Source of the DNA: Nitrospinota bacterium
Lineage (GTDB): Bacteria > Nitrospinota > Nitrospinia > Nitrospinales > VA-1
Direction: 5' to 3'
Length of the DNA: 44,659 nucleotides
Assembly (NCBI GenBank): GCA_038108555.1
Contig: JAYNIA010000019.1
Coordinates: forward strand, 1 to 44,659
Both the position numbers and the translations under genes were made by a program. Shown here piece by piece: positions 19,579-30,072 of this stretch (positions are counted from its first letter, which is position 1; each line of letters opens with the position of its first letter). The notes beneath the pieces are model-generated. The model made no database searches. It was given only the letters and a program-made list of their open reading frames with translations, and was not told where the DNA came from.

Positions 19579-21411
19579 TTATCCCATGGAACCTGCAACT
19601 TGATTTTTTGAGTATCTCTTCCTGTCATGCTCATTGAGGATCTTTTTACGCAGTCGGATATTCTTGGGGGTGATTTCCGCCAGTTCATCCTCATTTAAGA
19701 AACTGAGTATCTGCTCCAGGCTCATTTTCGTAGGGGGAGTGAGGATTATGTTTACATCGGATCCGGAAGCTCTCATATTTGTCAGCTTTTTCTCCTTGCA
19801 GACATTCACAACCAGGTCATTATCTTTATTATTTTCACCCACGATCATGCCAGTATAGACTTCTTCCCCAGGTCCCCAAAACAGGGTGCCTCGTTCCTGA
19901 AGGTTGAATAGCGAATAGCCTGTTGTAGACCCGTTTTCAAGAGCGATTAAAACTCCATTAATACGTTGGGCAATTTCCCCACAATGGGGAATGAATTTGT
20001 GAAAGGTTCTGTTAATTACTCCTGTGCCTTTTGTCAAAGTGAGAAACTCGGAACGGAATCCAAAGAGGCCTCGTGTTGGGATAAAGAACTCCAATCTTGC
20101 GTTCCCTTCATTTTGGGCCATATCCTTAAGAGTCGCTTTTCTCTTTCCCATGGCTTCCATGATGTTTCCAACATACTCTTCTTCGATATCGAGGATGACA
20201 AACTCTTCCGGCTCATGGGGTTTTCCTTCGATATTTTTAATTAAAACTTCCGGGCGGGATATACAGAATTCATAACCTTCGCGGCGCATGGTCTCAATAA
20301 GGATGGTGAGATGTAGCTCGCCCCTGCCAGAAACTTTATAAGTGTCCTGGGTATCTGTTTCTTCCACCCGCAACGATACGTTAGAACGGATTTCCCGGAA
20401 AAGTCGATCACGAATCTGTCTGGAAGTAACAAATTCACCTTCACGGCCGGCAAAGGGTGAGGAGTTTGAGGAAAAGTGTATCGCGAGAGTAGGTTCATCA
20501 ATTTCAATAACAGGTAGAGCATCAGGAAACTCAGTATCCGTAAGGGTTTCACCAATTTCAACTTCCTTCATACCTGCGATTCCCACAATGTCCCCGGTGG
20601 TAGCTTCTTCGGACTCTATTTTCTTTAATCCCTCAAAGGTATACAGTTTCGATAATGCAAAATTGTTTGGTTTTCCATCCCGGTCTATTTGTGTATAGGT
20701 TTTTTTGGCCTGTACCTTTCCACGATTTATTTTTCCCACGGCGATTCTGCCTACGTAGTCGTCATAGTCCATGGATGAGACCAGCATTTGAAATCCACCC
20801 TCTGCATCTCCATTATGACTTGGTACTTTTTCAATGATTAAATCCAGAAGGGGGGTGATGTCATTATTGGGACCTACAGGTGTTGTTCTTGATATTCCCT
20901 GTTTCGCCGAAGTATAGATTATCGGAAAATCCAGCTGCTCATCATTTGCACCCAGTTCAACAAACAGATCAAAAACTTCATCTACAACCTGCTCAGCACG
21001 GGACGCCGGGCGGTCAATTTTATTGACGACAACAATTGGGTTCAGGCCCAATTCCAGTGACTTTTTCAACACAAACCGTGTTTGCGGCATGGGACCTTCT
21101 ACAGCATCTGCAAGAAGAAGAACTCCATTGACCATTTTTAAGATTCGTTCGACTTCTCCCCCAAAATCAGCATGGCCCGGGGTGTCGACAATATTTATTT
21201 TGTGGTCTTTGTAAAAGATGGCCGCATTTTTTGAGAAAATTGTAATTCCCCGTTCTTTTTCAAGCTCGTTACTGTCCATAATGCAGGTTCCAGACAGTTC
21301 ACTTTCACGAAACATTCCACTTTGACGTAAAAGACAATCCACCAATGTGGTTTTTCCGTGGTCTACATGAGCAATTATTCCTATGTTTCTAATATTTTTC
21401 TGAGGTATCAT
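19579..21411 (-). CDS. typA: Translational GTPase TypA/BipA
   Basis: [47 protein letters not shown]. Confidence 0.97.
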   Translation of the reverse strand: MIPQKNIRNIGIIAHVDHGKTTLVDCLLRQSGMFRESELSGTCIMDSNELEKERGITIFSKNAAIFYKDHKINIVDTPGHADFGGEVERILKMVNGVLLLADAVEGPMPQTRFVLKKSLELGLNPIVVVNKIDRPASRAEQVVDEVFDLFVELGANDEQLDFPIIYTSAKQGISRTTPVGPNNDITPLLDLIIEKVPSHNGDAEGGFQMLVSSMDYDDYVGRIAVGKINRGKVQAKKTYTQIDRDGKPNNFALSKLYTFEGLKKIESEEATTGDIVGIAGMKEVEIGETLTDTEFPDALPVIEIDEPTLAIHFSSNSSPFAGREGEFVTSRQIRDRLFREIRSNVSLRVEETDTQDTYKVSGRGELHLTILIETMRREGYEFCISRPEVLIKNIEGKPHEPEEFVILDIEEEYVGNIMEAMGKRKATLKDMAQNEGNARLEFFIPTRGLFGFRSEFLTLTKGTGVINRTFHKFIPHCGEIAQRINGVLIALENGSTTGYSLFNLQERGTLFWGPGEEVYTGMIVGENNKDNDLVVNVCKEKKLTNMRASGSDVNIILTPPTKMSLEQILSFLNEDELAEITPKNIRLRKKILNEHDRKRYSKNQVAGSMG

Positions 21412-21646
21412 TTTTCCTTTATTTTCAATGAATTATGTTGATATGGCTAAACTTTATATTAAGCCCTTTGGCCTTTGGGGATTCCTTTGGTTTTTTCTGG
21501 GTTTTCTGGTGTTTGACAGAAATTAAAAATTGCGAAGCTTTTGGGATGGGATAAACCAGTAGGGATACATAATCGTTATTTATAAAACTATTGAAGAGAG
21601 AAGAGTAACAGATTGGTAAAAAGAAACCTATGAAAAAAATATAAAT

Positions 21647-21675
21647 TTGTAACTTATTGATTATTATACCATAAT
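21647..21675 (+). promoter_or_regulatory. Putative sigma70 promoter of xerD
   Basis: TTGTAA (21647-21652), 17 bp, CATAAT (21670-21675), ending 6 nt before the ATG. Confidence 0.45.
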
Positions 21676-21681
21676 TTATAT

Positions 21682-22572
21682 ATGGAAGCGCTCGTTCAAG
21701 AATTTTCAGATTATTTGCGGATTGAGAAAAGAAACTCACCTCATACAGTTTCTGCCTATCATCGCGACTTGAAAAGATTTGCGACCGAAATGACCGGAAA
21801 AAATGCCGATATGGTAACCACCGCCGATATTCGCAAATTTCTTATTTTACTTAAGGATCAGGGCTTGTCCGCATCTACCCTGGCTCGAAGTTTGTCATCT
21901 ATAAAAGCTTTTTTTAAATACCTTTGTCAGGATAAACAATTACAGAACAATCCGGCGGAAATATTAGAAACTCCCAAGCGCTGGAGAAAGCTTCCTGACA
22001 TTTTAACCCATGAGGATGTGGAAAATTTATTAAAAAGCCCCGATCTGGAAACTGATTTGGGAATTCGTGATAAAGCCATGCTGGAAGTCCTTTATGCAAG
22101 TGGCCTCAGGGTTTCAGAGCTTGTAAAATTGCGGGTCAATCAACTGGATATGGAAGGGGGTTATCTTCGAACCATGGGGAAGGGTAGCAAGGAGCGTATT
22201 GTTCCAATTGGGAAAATAGCTAAAAATGCTGTGGAGAATTTTATTTTAAATTCCCGTCCCGCCCTTGTTTCAAAGCGTAAGGATGGTCGAAAAGCAGAAG
22301 AATTGTTTTTAACCCGGAGGGGCTATGGTATGACGCGACAGGGCTTTTGGAAATTGCTAAAAGGATATGTGGTTCAGGCAAATATTAGAGCTAATGTCTC
22401 CCCACATACTTTGAGGCATGCTTTTGCCACTCACCTTTTGGAGAGGGGAGCAGATCTTCGATCGGTACAGCAGATGCTGGGCCATTCAGATATTTCAACC
22501 ACGCAAATTTATACCCACATCCTTGGTCAGAGGATGCTTGAAATTCACCGGCAATTTCATCCGCGCTCTTGA
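21682..22572 (+). CDS. xerD: Site-specific tyrosine recombinase XerD
   Basis: RDKAMLEVLYASGLRVSEL, GKGSKERIVP, MTRQGFW, SPHTLRHAFATHLL, VQQMLGHSDISTTQIYTH. Confidence 0.92.
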   Translation: MEALVQEFSDYLRIEKRNSPHTVSAYHRDLKRFATEMTGKNADMVTTADIRKFLILLKDQGLSASTLARSLSSIKAFFKYLCQDKQLQNNPAEILETPKRWRKLPDILTHEDVENLLKSPDLETDLGIRDKAMLEVLYASGLRVSELVKLRVNQLDMEGGYLRTMGKGSKERIVPIGKIAKNAVENFILNSRPALVSKRKDGRKAEELFLTRRGYGMTRQGFWKLLKGYVVQANIRANVSPHTLRHAFATHLLERGADLRSVQQMLGHSDISTTQIYTHILGQRMLEIHRQFHPRS

Positions 22573-22595
22573 TTATTAAGCTTTAAATTATTTTC

Positions 22596-22624
22596 TTGAC
22601 TGGTTTTGCCATTAAAGCTACCAT
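22596..22624 (+). promoter_or_regulatory. Putative sigma70 promoter of the yceD-rpmF-plsX-fab operon
   Basis: TTGACT, 17 bp, TACCAT, about 70 nt upstream of the yceD start. Confidence 0.65.
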
Positions 22625-22695
22625 TCTGGTTTGCTATCCTTCCCTTTGATCTTGATGTTCCGGGTTTTGCAAAGTTTTGAATTCAAAGGTCAACA

Positions 22696-23226
22696 ATGAT
22701 TTTTGAAGTTGAGGATATCCCCGAAGGGGGATTAAATTTTGATATACTTGCAGACAAAGGGCAATTTGGTATCGACCAACCGGACTGTTCCTTAACAGCT
22801 GGAATAAAAGTTAAGGGAAAGTTGAGCCGGATAGGGGAGGATGTTACTTTTTCGGGTGATTTGCATGCACCTCTTCAAGGCGTTTGCACACGGTGCTTAA
22901 AGCAGTTCCCCTTTGATGTTAAAAGTAAAGTTCAGGTTCACTTTATTCCCAGGGCAAAAGAAGCTTCCCCGGGTAGTGAAATTGAAATAACAGAATCCGA
23001 TATTGATAAAGAGGTCTATGAAGAGGGGCGAATTGATGTTACTGGCCCCATTCGTGACCAGATTTTGCTGGAAGTTCCTTTAAGGAATTTATGTCAGGAA
23101 GGTTGCAAGGGCATTTGTCCTGATTGTGGTATTGACCTCAATTTAAGTCAATGCAATTGTCAGAATGAAGGAAATATTGACCCTCGTTTAGCAGTATTAA
23201 AAAACTTTAAAGACAGGTTGAAATAG
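22696..23226 (+). CDS. yceD: YceD/DUF177 family protein
   Basis: CTRCL, LC..GCKGICPDCG.DLN...C.C, IDPRLAVL; located upstream of rpmF. Confidence 0.92.
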   Translation: MIFEVEDIPEGGLNFDILADKGQFGIDQPDCSLTAGIKVKGKLSRIGEDVTFSGDLHAPLQGVCTRCLKQFPFDVKSKVQVHFIPRAKEASPGSEIEITESDIDKEVYEEGRIDVTGPIRDQILLEVPLRNLCQEGCKGICPDCGIDLNLSQCNCQNEGNIDPRLAVLKNFKDRLK

Positions 23227-23235
23227 GGAGATAAA

Positions 23236-23418
23236 ATGGCAGTCCCAAAGAAAAAGACATCAAAGTCGAAACAGGGAAAAAGAAGATCTCATTTGAGTCT
23301 CAGCGCCCCCACCTATGTGGAGTGCCCCCAGTGTCATGAAATGACACGTCCTCACCATATTTGTGCTCATTGTGGTTATTATAAGGGCAAGGAAGTAATG
23401 GAAGTAGAAGCCGTTTAG
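23236..23418 (+). CDS. rpmF: 50S ribosomal protein L32 (zinc-ribbon form)
   Basis: [10 protein letters not shown]...RRSH, CPQC...CAHCGYYKG. Confidence 0.96.
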   Translation: MAVPKKKTSKSKQGKRRSHLSLSAPTYVECPQCHEMTRPHHICAHCGYYKGKEVMEVEAV

Positions 23419-23493
23419 TTTACGGACTTCCAGTTATTTCAAATTCCTCACTAAAAATTTCTTTGCAGTTCGGTTGAAAGGAAGGAGCCTGGG

Positions 23494-24615
23494 ATGAAAA
23501 TCGTGGTGGATGCCATGGGAGGCGACCATGCCCCAGAAGCCATAGTTGAAGGGGCTGTGCTGGCAGCACGTGAATACAATACGAATATCATCCTCACGGG
23601 ATTAACGGATCAGATTAAATCCGAACTAGAGAAACACGACCCCGACCATTCATTACCCATCGAAATAGTTCATGCAGAAGAAGTGGTAGAAATGCATGAT
23701 ATCCCTGGCAAGGTGCTCAGGTCGAAAAGAAAATCTTCTATGAAAGTGGGATTGGATCTTGTAAAGCAAGGGGAAGGGGCCGCTTTTGTCAGTGCAGGTA
23801 ACACAGGGGCTGTTCTTGCTTACTCAACAGTTATTCTGAGACCTGTAAAAGGAATTGACCGCCCTGCAATCGCAATCCAGCTTCCCACTTTAAAGGGGAA
23901 TTCCATCCTCCTGGATGCAGGTGCAAATGTAGACTGCAAATCCAATCAACTGTTCGAGTTTGGAATTATGGGGCATGTGTTTGCGGAATATATTTTGGAA
24001 AAAGAAAACCCCAGTGTCGGATTGTTAAGCATTGGTGAAGAAGATGGCAAAGGCAATGAAATAGTTAAAGAAACCTTTCAAATGCTGAAAAGGACTCATA
24101 TAAATTTTATTGGCAATGTCGAAGGAAAAGAAGTGTATCGGGGTAATGCAGACGTGATTGTTTGTGACGGTTTTACCGGAAACGTTGCACTTAAAATAAG
24201 TGAAAGCCTGGCGGAAATGATAGGCACCAATCTCAAGCTGATGTTTCAGAGTAATTTGCTGAGTAAATTGGGTTACCTGCTTTTAAAACCGCAACTGGTT
24301 AAGTTTAAAAAAAGGGTGGATCATTCAGAAACTGGGGGGGCGCCTTTGTTGGGAGTGAATGGAGTGGTTATCATTGCTCATGGCAGCTCTTCACCGAAGG
24401 CAATTAAAAATGCCATTTACCGGGCTCACGAACTGTGTGAGAAAAACCTCATTGATCATATAAAGCAGGATATCGAACTAAATCTTTCTGATATTGAAAG
24501 TTCGAAAGGTACCCTCTGGAAACAAATTAAGAATTACGCCTTTGGCGGCGAAGAAGATGAGAAGAAGAGTGAAGACCTCCCTCCATCTACCGATTCGAAA
24601 CCTACTGAAACCTGA
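23494..24615 (+). CDS. plsX: Phosphate acyltransferase PlsX
   Basis: VDAMGGDHAP, SAGNTGA, LDAGAN, CDGFTGNVALK, GGAPLLG, HGSS. Confidence 0.96.
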   Translation: MKIVVDAMGGDHAPEAIVEGAVLAAREYNTNIILTGLTDQIKSELEKHDPDHSLPIEIVHAEEVVEMHDIPGKVLRSKRKSSMKVGLDLVKQGEGAAFVSAGNTGAVLAYSTVILRPVKGIDRPAIAIQLPTLKGNSILLDAGANVDCKSNQLFEFGIMGHVFAEYILEKENPSVGLLSIGEEDGKGNEIVKETFQMLKRTHINFIGNVEGKEVYRGNADVIVCDGFTGNVALKISESLAEMIGTNLKLMFQSNLLSKLGYLLLKPQLVKFKKRVDHSETGGAPLLGVNGVVIIAHGSSSPKAIKNAIYRAHELCEKNLIDHIKQDIELNLSDIESSKGTLWKQIKNYAFGGEEDEKKSEDLPPSTDSKPTET

Positions 24616-24627
24616 TAATTTCCCTTA

Positions 24628-25629
24628 ATGAAACCTACTTCTATCTTTAAAGCCGCTATTGCGGGGGTTGGGTCTTATGTTCCGGAAAAAAGACTGACGA
24701 ATCAAGATCTGGAAAAATCTTTGGACACATCCGATGAATGGATTACCACCCGGACGGGTATAAAAGAGCGGAGAATTGCTGCAGAAAATGAATCAGCTTC
24801 AACAATGGGTGCTGAAGCTGCCCGTCAGGCACTTTCTTCGGCAAACGTTAATCCGGATCAAGTGGATTTAATAATTGTTTGTACTTCAACTCCAGATGTT
24901 TTGTTTCCATCCACCGCTTGTTTTATTCAAAAGCAATTGGAAGCATTTAACTCGGCGGCCTATGATATTTCAGCAGTTTGCTCAGGATTTGTTTTTGGGT
25001 TGTCTATTGCCGAGCAATATATAAAGTCCGGAAGGTACAAACATGTCCTGGTTGTCGGAAGTGAGGCTAACTCGAGGATCGTTGATTGGACAGACAGATC
25101 CACCTGCATTCTTTTTGGAGATGGTGCAGGGGCAGTTCTTTTGAAAAGTGAAGAACAGGAAGAACCTGTAGGAATACTATCCACCCATATCTATTCTGAT
25201 GGTGCATTAAGCGATCTCATTATTGTTCCCGGTGGAATCGGAAAGACGGGGATTAATGAAAAAGATATTAATGATAAAAACTATTTTATAAAAATGTCGG
25301 GAAACGCAACGTTTAAGGTTGCTGTAAAAAGGATGTCGAATGTTATCGAGGAAGCCTTGGCATTTAACGATTTAAAAATAAACGATGTCAATCATCTTAT
25401 CCCACATCAGGCAAATCAGAGAATTGTAAGTGCAGTAGCCGAAAAACTGAATTTTCCTGAGGAGAAAATTTGTATGACCATTCAAAAATATGGAAATACA
25501 TCCGCCGCATCTATACCCATTGGTATTGCAGATGCTAAACTCGATGGAAAAATTAAGGCGGGAGATGTCTCGGTTTTGGGTGTTGTGGGATCAGGTTTAA
25601 CTTGGGGAGCTGCGGTGATCAAATGGTAG
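24628..25629 (+). CDS. fabH: Beta-ketoacyl-ACP synthase III
   Basis: DTSDEWI..RTGI, AVCSGF, LFGDGAGA, PHQAN, GNTSAASIP. Confidence 0.96.
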   Translation: MKPTSIFKAAIAGVGSYVPEKRLTNQDLEKSLDTSDEWITTRTGIKERRIAAENESASTMGAEAARQALSSANVNPDQVDLIIVCTSTPDVLFPSTACFIQKQLEAFNSAAYDISAVCSGFVFGLSIAEQYIKSGRYKHVLVVGSEANSRIVDWTDRSTCILFGDGAGAVLLKSEEQEEPVGILSTHIYSDGALSDLIIVPGGIGKTGINEKDINDKNYFIKMSGNATFKVAVKRMSNVIEEALAFNDLKINDVNHLIPHQANQRIVSAVAEKLNFPEEKICMTIQKYGNTSAASIPIGIADAKLDGKIKAGDVSVLGVVGSGLTWGAAVIKW

Positions 25630-26558
25630 ATATAGCTTTTGTATTCCCCGGACAGGGGTCACAGTTTGTGGGAATGGGTAAGGACTTTTACGACAACAAT
25701 CCAGAGTCCAGGAAGTTGCTTGAAGAGGCTAATGAGGTGTTGGGATATGATCTTGCAAGTATTTGTTTTGATGGACCTGAAGACACCTTAAAGTTGACAG
25801 AAAATACCCAGCCGGCCCTGTTGACGCACAGTACAATGGCCTTGAAAATGTTAAGGGAAAATGGTATTAATTCCGTACTTGCTGCCGGACACAGTCTGGG
25901 GGAGTTTTCAGCCTTGGTGGCTGCCGGAGCCTTGAAGTTTAAGGATGCGGTTCGCCTGGTTCATTTAAGGGGGAAGTTCATGCAAGAAGCGGTTCCTGTT
26001 GGTGTGGGTTCCATGGCTGCTATAATTGGATTGTCTGAAGATGCCATTCAGGAACTTTGTGATAAGGTTTCCAGTGAATCAAACCTTGTCCAACCTGCAA
26101 ATTTAAATAGCCCTGTTCAGACTGTGATTGCGGGACATAAAGAAGCTGTAGCAAAGGTTTCAGAAGAGGCGCTGGCCGCCGGGGCGAAGAAAGCCGTCAC
26201 GCTTCCAGTGAGTGCACCGTTCCATAGCGCTCTTATGAAGCCGGCTGAAATTAAGCTGAAAAAAGAATTAGAAGCTACTGAATTTTTCGACCTGTCCTTT
26301 CCTGTTATCAATAACATCGAGGCAAAACCCATAACCAAAGGAGAGCATGCAAGAGAATCTTTAGTGAAACAGGTATGTTCGCCGGTTCGCTGGTGTGAAA
26401 CAATGCAGGTTATCGTAGATCAAAAAATCGATGTGGTTGTTGAGCTGGGTTCGGGAAAAGTTTTGAGTGGGTTGATGAAAAGATTTGATAAGAGCATCAA
26501 ATGCTATCAAGTTGGTGATAGAGAATCTCTGTCGCAAACATTGTCTTCCCTGAGTTAA
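25623..26558 (+). CDS. fabD: Malonyl-CoA-ACP transacylase
   Basis: FPGQGSQ, TQPA, GHSLGE, VSAPFHS; start at ATG 25623 overlapping the end of fabH. Confidence 0.96.
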   Translation: MVDIAFVFPGQGSQFVGMGKDFYDNNPESRKLLEEANEVLGYDLASICFDGPEDTLKLTENTQPALLTHSTMALKMLRENGINSVLAAGHSLGEFSALVAAGALKFKDAVRLVHLRGKFMQEAVPVGVGSMAAIIGLSEDAIQELCDKVSSESNLVQPANLNSPVQTVIAGHKEAVAKVSEEALAAGAKKAVTLPVSAPFHSALMKPAEIKLKKELEATEFFDLSFPVINNIEAKPITKGEHARESLVKQVCSPVRWCETMQVIVDQKIDVVVELGSGKVLSGLMKRFDKSIKCYQVGDRESLSQTLSSLS

Positions 26559-26577
26559 ATTTTTTTAGGATATATAA

Positions 26578-27318
26578 ATGGAACTTGATGGAAAGATTGC
26601 TCTGGTAACCGGTGGTGCACAAGGAATTGGAAAGATTATTAGTGAAGAATTGGCAGGGCAGGGTGCCCATGTAGTTTTGGGGGACGTCAACCTGGAAGGA
26701 GCGGAAAAGTCCGCCGCCGAAATAAAAGAAAATGGTGGGAAAGCCTCGGCGGTCCGAATTGATGTTTCAAGTTCTGCGAATGTGCAGGAGGCTTTTGACT
26801 CCATATTGAAGGAATATAAACCCGTTGACATCGTTGTAAATAATGCCGGCATCACCCGGGATGGGTTGTTGGTTCGAATGAAAGAAGTCGACTGGGACCT
26901 TGTGCTGAATATAAATTTGAAAGGTAGTTTTCTTTGCAGTCAACAGGCTGCAAAGCAAATGATGAAACAAAAAAGTGGGGCAATTGTAAATATTGCATCC
27001 ATTGTAGGGGTCATGGGAAATTTTGGTCAGGCTAATTATTCTGCATCAAAAGCGGGATTGATTGGTTTTACCAAAACGCTGGCCAGAGAGGTCGCACCTC
27101 GAGGCATTCGGGCTAACGCGATAGCCCCGGGGTTTATTGATACTGAAATGACTCGGGTTTTAGAAGAGTCGGTTCGGCAAAAATTAATTGAGCAAATCCC
27201 ACTTGCAAGATTGGGGCAACCCGAAGATGTGGCGCGTTGCGTTTCTTTCCTGGTTTCAGAGAAGGCCAGCTATATTACGGGACAGGTTATAAATATAAAC
27301 GGTGGTATGTTGATGTAA
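26578..27318 (+). CDS. fabG: 3-oxoacyl-ACP reductase
   Basis: TGGAQGIG, NNAGITRD, YSASK, PGFIDTEMT. Confidence 0.96.
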   Translation: MELDGKIALVTGGAQGIGKIISEELAGQGAHVVLGDVNLEGAEKSAAEIKENGGKASAVRIDVSSSANVQEAFDSILKEYKPVDIVVNNAGITRDGLLVRMKEVDWDLVLNINLKGSFLCSQQAAKQMMKQKSGAIVNIASIVGVMGNFGQANYSASKAGLIGFTKTLAREVAPRGIRANAIAPGFIDTEMTRVLEESVRQKLIEQIPLARLGQPEDVARCVSFLVSEKASYITGQVININGGMLM

Positions 27319-27342
27319 TTCCAACTAGGAGTTTGAAATATT

Positions 27343-27576
27343 ATGTCTGTTGAAGAAAAAGTTAAAGAAATTATTGTTGATCAATTGGGCGTCGATGAAA
27401 AGCAGGTTAACGCTGAAGCATCTTTTATTGATGATTTGGGTGCCGATTCTTTGGACACCGTAGAGTTGGTTATGGCTCTCGAAGAGGAATTTGATATTGA
27501 AATTCCGGATGAGGATGCAGAAAAGATCGCTACCGTTCAAAATGCTGTTGACTATATTAAAGGCCAGACCAATTAA
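27343..27576 (+). CDS. acpP: Acyl carrier protein
   Basis: [20 protein letters not shown]. Confidence 0.97.
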   Translation: MSVEEKVKEIIVDQLGVDEKQVNAEASFIDDLGADSLDTVELVMALEEEFDIEIPDEDAEKIATVQNAVDYIKGQTN

Positions 27577-27605
27577 CTTCCCTTCCTCATCCCTGAGGTG
27601 AATAG

Positions 27606-28847
27606 ATGAAAAAACGAGTTGTTGTAACCGGGTTGGGGATCGTTTCTCCTTTGGGGTTAGGGGTAAAAGCCAACGAAGAGGCTTTGTTCAATGGTCAGTC
27701 CGGTGTTGATATCATAAAAAGCTTTACTCCTGATGATGATTTCCCTGTAAAAATAGCGGGTGAAGTAAAGGATTTTGACCCGAAAGATTATATAGACCAT
27801 AAAGAGATAAAGAAGATGGACCGGTTCATCCATTATGCGATGGCCTGCAGTAATATGGCCATGGATGAATCTGGACTCGAAATCAACGACGCCAATGCGG
27901 AACGGGTTGGAGTTATGGTTGGCGTTGGTCTGGGCGGACTCCCCGCAATCGAAAAATACCACGATATTTATAAAGAAAGAGGAGTGAAAAAAATCACTCC
28001 TTTTTTCATACCCATGCTGATTGCAAATCTGGCTTCGGGTCAGATTTCCATTCATGTTGGTGCCAAGGGACCCAACTCCTGTGTGGTTACTGCTTGTGCG
28101 ACAGGGACTCACTCCATCGGAGAAGCTGTACGTTTAATTCAATATGGTGATGCCGATGTAATGATTGCCGGTGGTACCGAATCGGTAATAACTCCCCTTT
28201 GTGTAGGGGGATTCAATGCTGCAAAAGCTTTATCCCATAGAAATGACGACCCTCAGGGGGCAAGCAGGCCATTCGATCTGGACCGGGATGGGTTCGTAAT
28301 TGGAGAAGGTTGTGGTGTGTTAATCCTTGAGGAACTTGAATATGCCAAAAAAAGGGGAGCCAACATTTTAGGAGAGGTTATCGGGTATGCATTGAATGGG
28401 GATGCCCATCATATTACAGCCACTTCACCGGGAGGGGAAGGTGCCGCACGTTGCATGAATCTGGCTTTAAATAATGCAGGAATAAATAAAGAAGATGTGG
28501 ATTATATCAACGCTCATGGAACCTCAACCGCAGCTGACGCGACGGAAACTCAGGCTATAAAAACGATTTTCAAGGATCACGCAAAGAATCTAGCCGTCAG
28601 TTCGACTAAGTCTATGACTGGCCATCTCCTGGGAGCTGCAGGGGGTGTTGAAGCAATTTACTCTCTTATGGCAATAAATAAAGGAATGCTTCCTCCTACA
28701 ATAAACTACACCACCCCGGATCCGGAATGCGATTTGGATTATGTTCCGAACCAGGCGCGTGAAAAAAATATTGAAGTATGCGTTTCTAATTCTTTTGGTT
28801 TTGGCGGTACGAATGGAGTATTGATTTTTAAAAAATTCTCGGGATAA
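27606..28847 (+). CDS. fabF: Beta-ketoacyl-ACP synthase II
   Basis: RVVVTGLG, TACATG, NAHGTST, TGHLLGAAG, SNSFGFGGTN. Confidence 0.96.
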   Translation: MKKRVVVTGLGIVSPLGLGVKANEEALFNGQSGVDIIKSFTPDDDFPVKIAGEVKDFDPKDYIDHKEIKKMDRFIHYAMACSNMAMDESGLEINDANAERVGVMVGVGLGGLPAIEKYHDIYKERGVKKITPFFIPMLIANLASGQISIHVGAKGPNSCVVTACATGTHSIGEAVRLIQYGDADVMIAGGTESVITPLCVGGFNAAKALSHRNDDPQGASRPFDLDRDGFVIGEGCGVLILEELEYAKKRGANILGEVIGYALNGDAHHITATSPGGEGAARCMNLALNNAGINKEDVDYINAHGTSTAADATETQAIKTIFKDHAKNLAVSSTKSMTGHLLGAAGGVEAIYSLMAINKGMLPPTINYTTPDPECDLDYVPNQAREKNIEVCVSNSFGFGGTNGVLIFKKFSG

Positions 28848-28856
28848 ATTTTTTAT

Positions 28857-29570
28857 ATGGATTTATCTGAAACCCGACAAGAAGAATTGGCCTCCCTGCA
28901 AGACCGTATTCAGTACAAGTTTTCTGATATTAGTTTGCTGAATAAAGCCCTCACTCATAAATCCTACGCCAACGAAAAAAGCAAAGCTCTCAAACATAAC
29001 GAACGTCTGGAATTTCTGGGCGATTCGGTTTTGGATATTCTGGTTAGTGACCATCTGGTCCATAAATACAGTGATTTTGCCGAAGGCACTTTGTCTAAAA
29101 TTCGTGCCGCTGTGGTTAATGAAACCTGTCTGGCCCAATTGGCAAAAAAAATAAATTTAGGGAAGTTTCTTTTACTGGGACGGGGTGAAGATTTGTCAGG
29201 TGGGAGAAATAAACCTTCAATTTTAGCCGATGCGTTTGAAGCCCTTGCCGGGGCCGTATTTAGAGATGGACGACTGGATGCTGCTTCAAAATTTTTTCTG
29301 CCATTGTTAATAGAGGAAGTGGAAAAAACCGCTGAATCGTGGTCATTTCGGGATTTTAAAAGTGACCTTCAAGAATATACCCAGAATAAACTGGTTTGTA
29401 TTCCATCCTATAAGGTTGTCAGGGAAATTGGTCCTGACCATGCCAAGGAATTTGAAGTAGTAGTGATGATAAAAAATCAGGTGCAGGGAAAGGGGCTGGG
29501 GCGTAGTAAAAAGGAAGCCGAACAGGCTGCAGCAAAAATCGCTATGGAGAATTTTTCCAACGGTTCTTGA
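28857..29570 (+). CDS. rnc: Ribonuclease III
   Basis: ALTHKS, NERLEFLGDSVL, ADAFEA, dsRBD with GRSKKEAEQAAA. Confidence 0.97.
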   Translation: MDLSETRQEELASLQDRIQYKFSDISLLNKALTHKSYANEKSKALKHNERLEFLGDSVLDILVSDHLVHKYSDFAEGTLSKIRAAVVNETCLAQLAKKINLGKFLLLGRGEDLSGGRNKPSILADAFEALAGAVFRDGRLDAASKFFLPLLIEEVEKTAESWSFRDFKSDLQEYTQNKLVCIPSYKVVREIGPDHAKEFEVVVMIKNQVQGKGLGRSKKEAEQAAAKIAMENFSNGS

Positions 29571-29643
29571 ATTATTGTTCAGTTCCGGCAAAAAATTGAT
29601 ATAAAATAGTCCCCTCTTTTGCTTTTTTTTCTAGGGTATTTGT

Positions 29644-30054
29644 ATGCTTGAAGAGTGGATTTTAAAAAAGATAGAAATAGAAAAGTCCAAGGATAATTTA
29701 AAAGGGGCGGACCTTTGTAATGCAAAACTCATGCAGGCCCAATTAAAAGGAGCTTGTCTGGAAGATGCCGATTTGACTGCTGCTTATTTGATAAAGGCAG
29801 ACCTTAGTGAAGCCAATTTGGTAGGTGCCGATTTGACCCAGGCCGTTTTGAGTGAGGCCGATCTCTCTGGTGCTGACCTCGAAGATGCAGAGCTTACCGA
29901 TACCTTTTTAAACGGAGCGAATTTAAAAGGGGTACAAAACCTTACTTGCGATCAAATCGACCTGGCTAACTATGATCAGGAAACAATTTTTCCGGACTAT
30001 ATAACAATTAAATGGTCGCCGGATGGCTATTGCGAATGCATTGAAGAAGAATAA
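29644..30054 (+). CDS. Pentapeptide repeat protein
   Basis: Tandem A(D/N)Lxx units: GADLC NAKLM QAQLK GACLE DADLT AAYLI KADLS EANLV GADLT... Confidence 0.9.
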   Translation: MLEEWILKKIEIEKSKDNLKGADLCNAKLMQAQLKGACLEDADLTAAYLIKADLSEANLVGADLTQAVLSEADLSGADLEDAELTDTFLNGANLKGVQNLTCDQIDLANYDQETIFPDYITIKWSPDGYCECIEEE

Positions 30055-30072
30055 AAACAGGAAACCGGTTTT

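Noticed and set aside
21425..21739. 104-aa minus-strand ORF between typA and xerD
   Set aside because: Overlaps the xerD start and the divergent promoter region; composition reflects AT-rich non-coding DNA.
21682..22572. Tyrosine recombinase as integrase of a mobile element
   Set aside because: Typical chromosomal XerD motifs, flanked by housekeeping genes, with no cargo or att repeats seen.
29690..29930. Repetitive DNA suggesting an array
   Set aside because: Explained by pentapeptide-repeat coding; no identical repeats with unique spacers, so not CRISPR.
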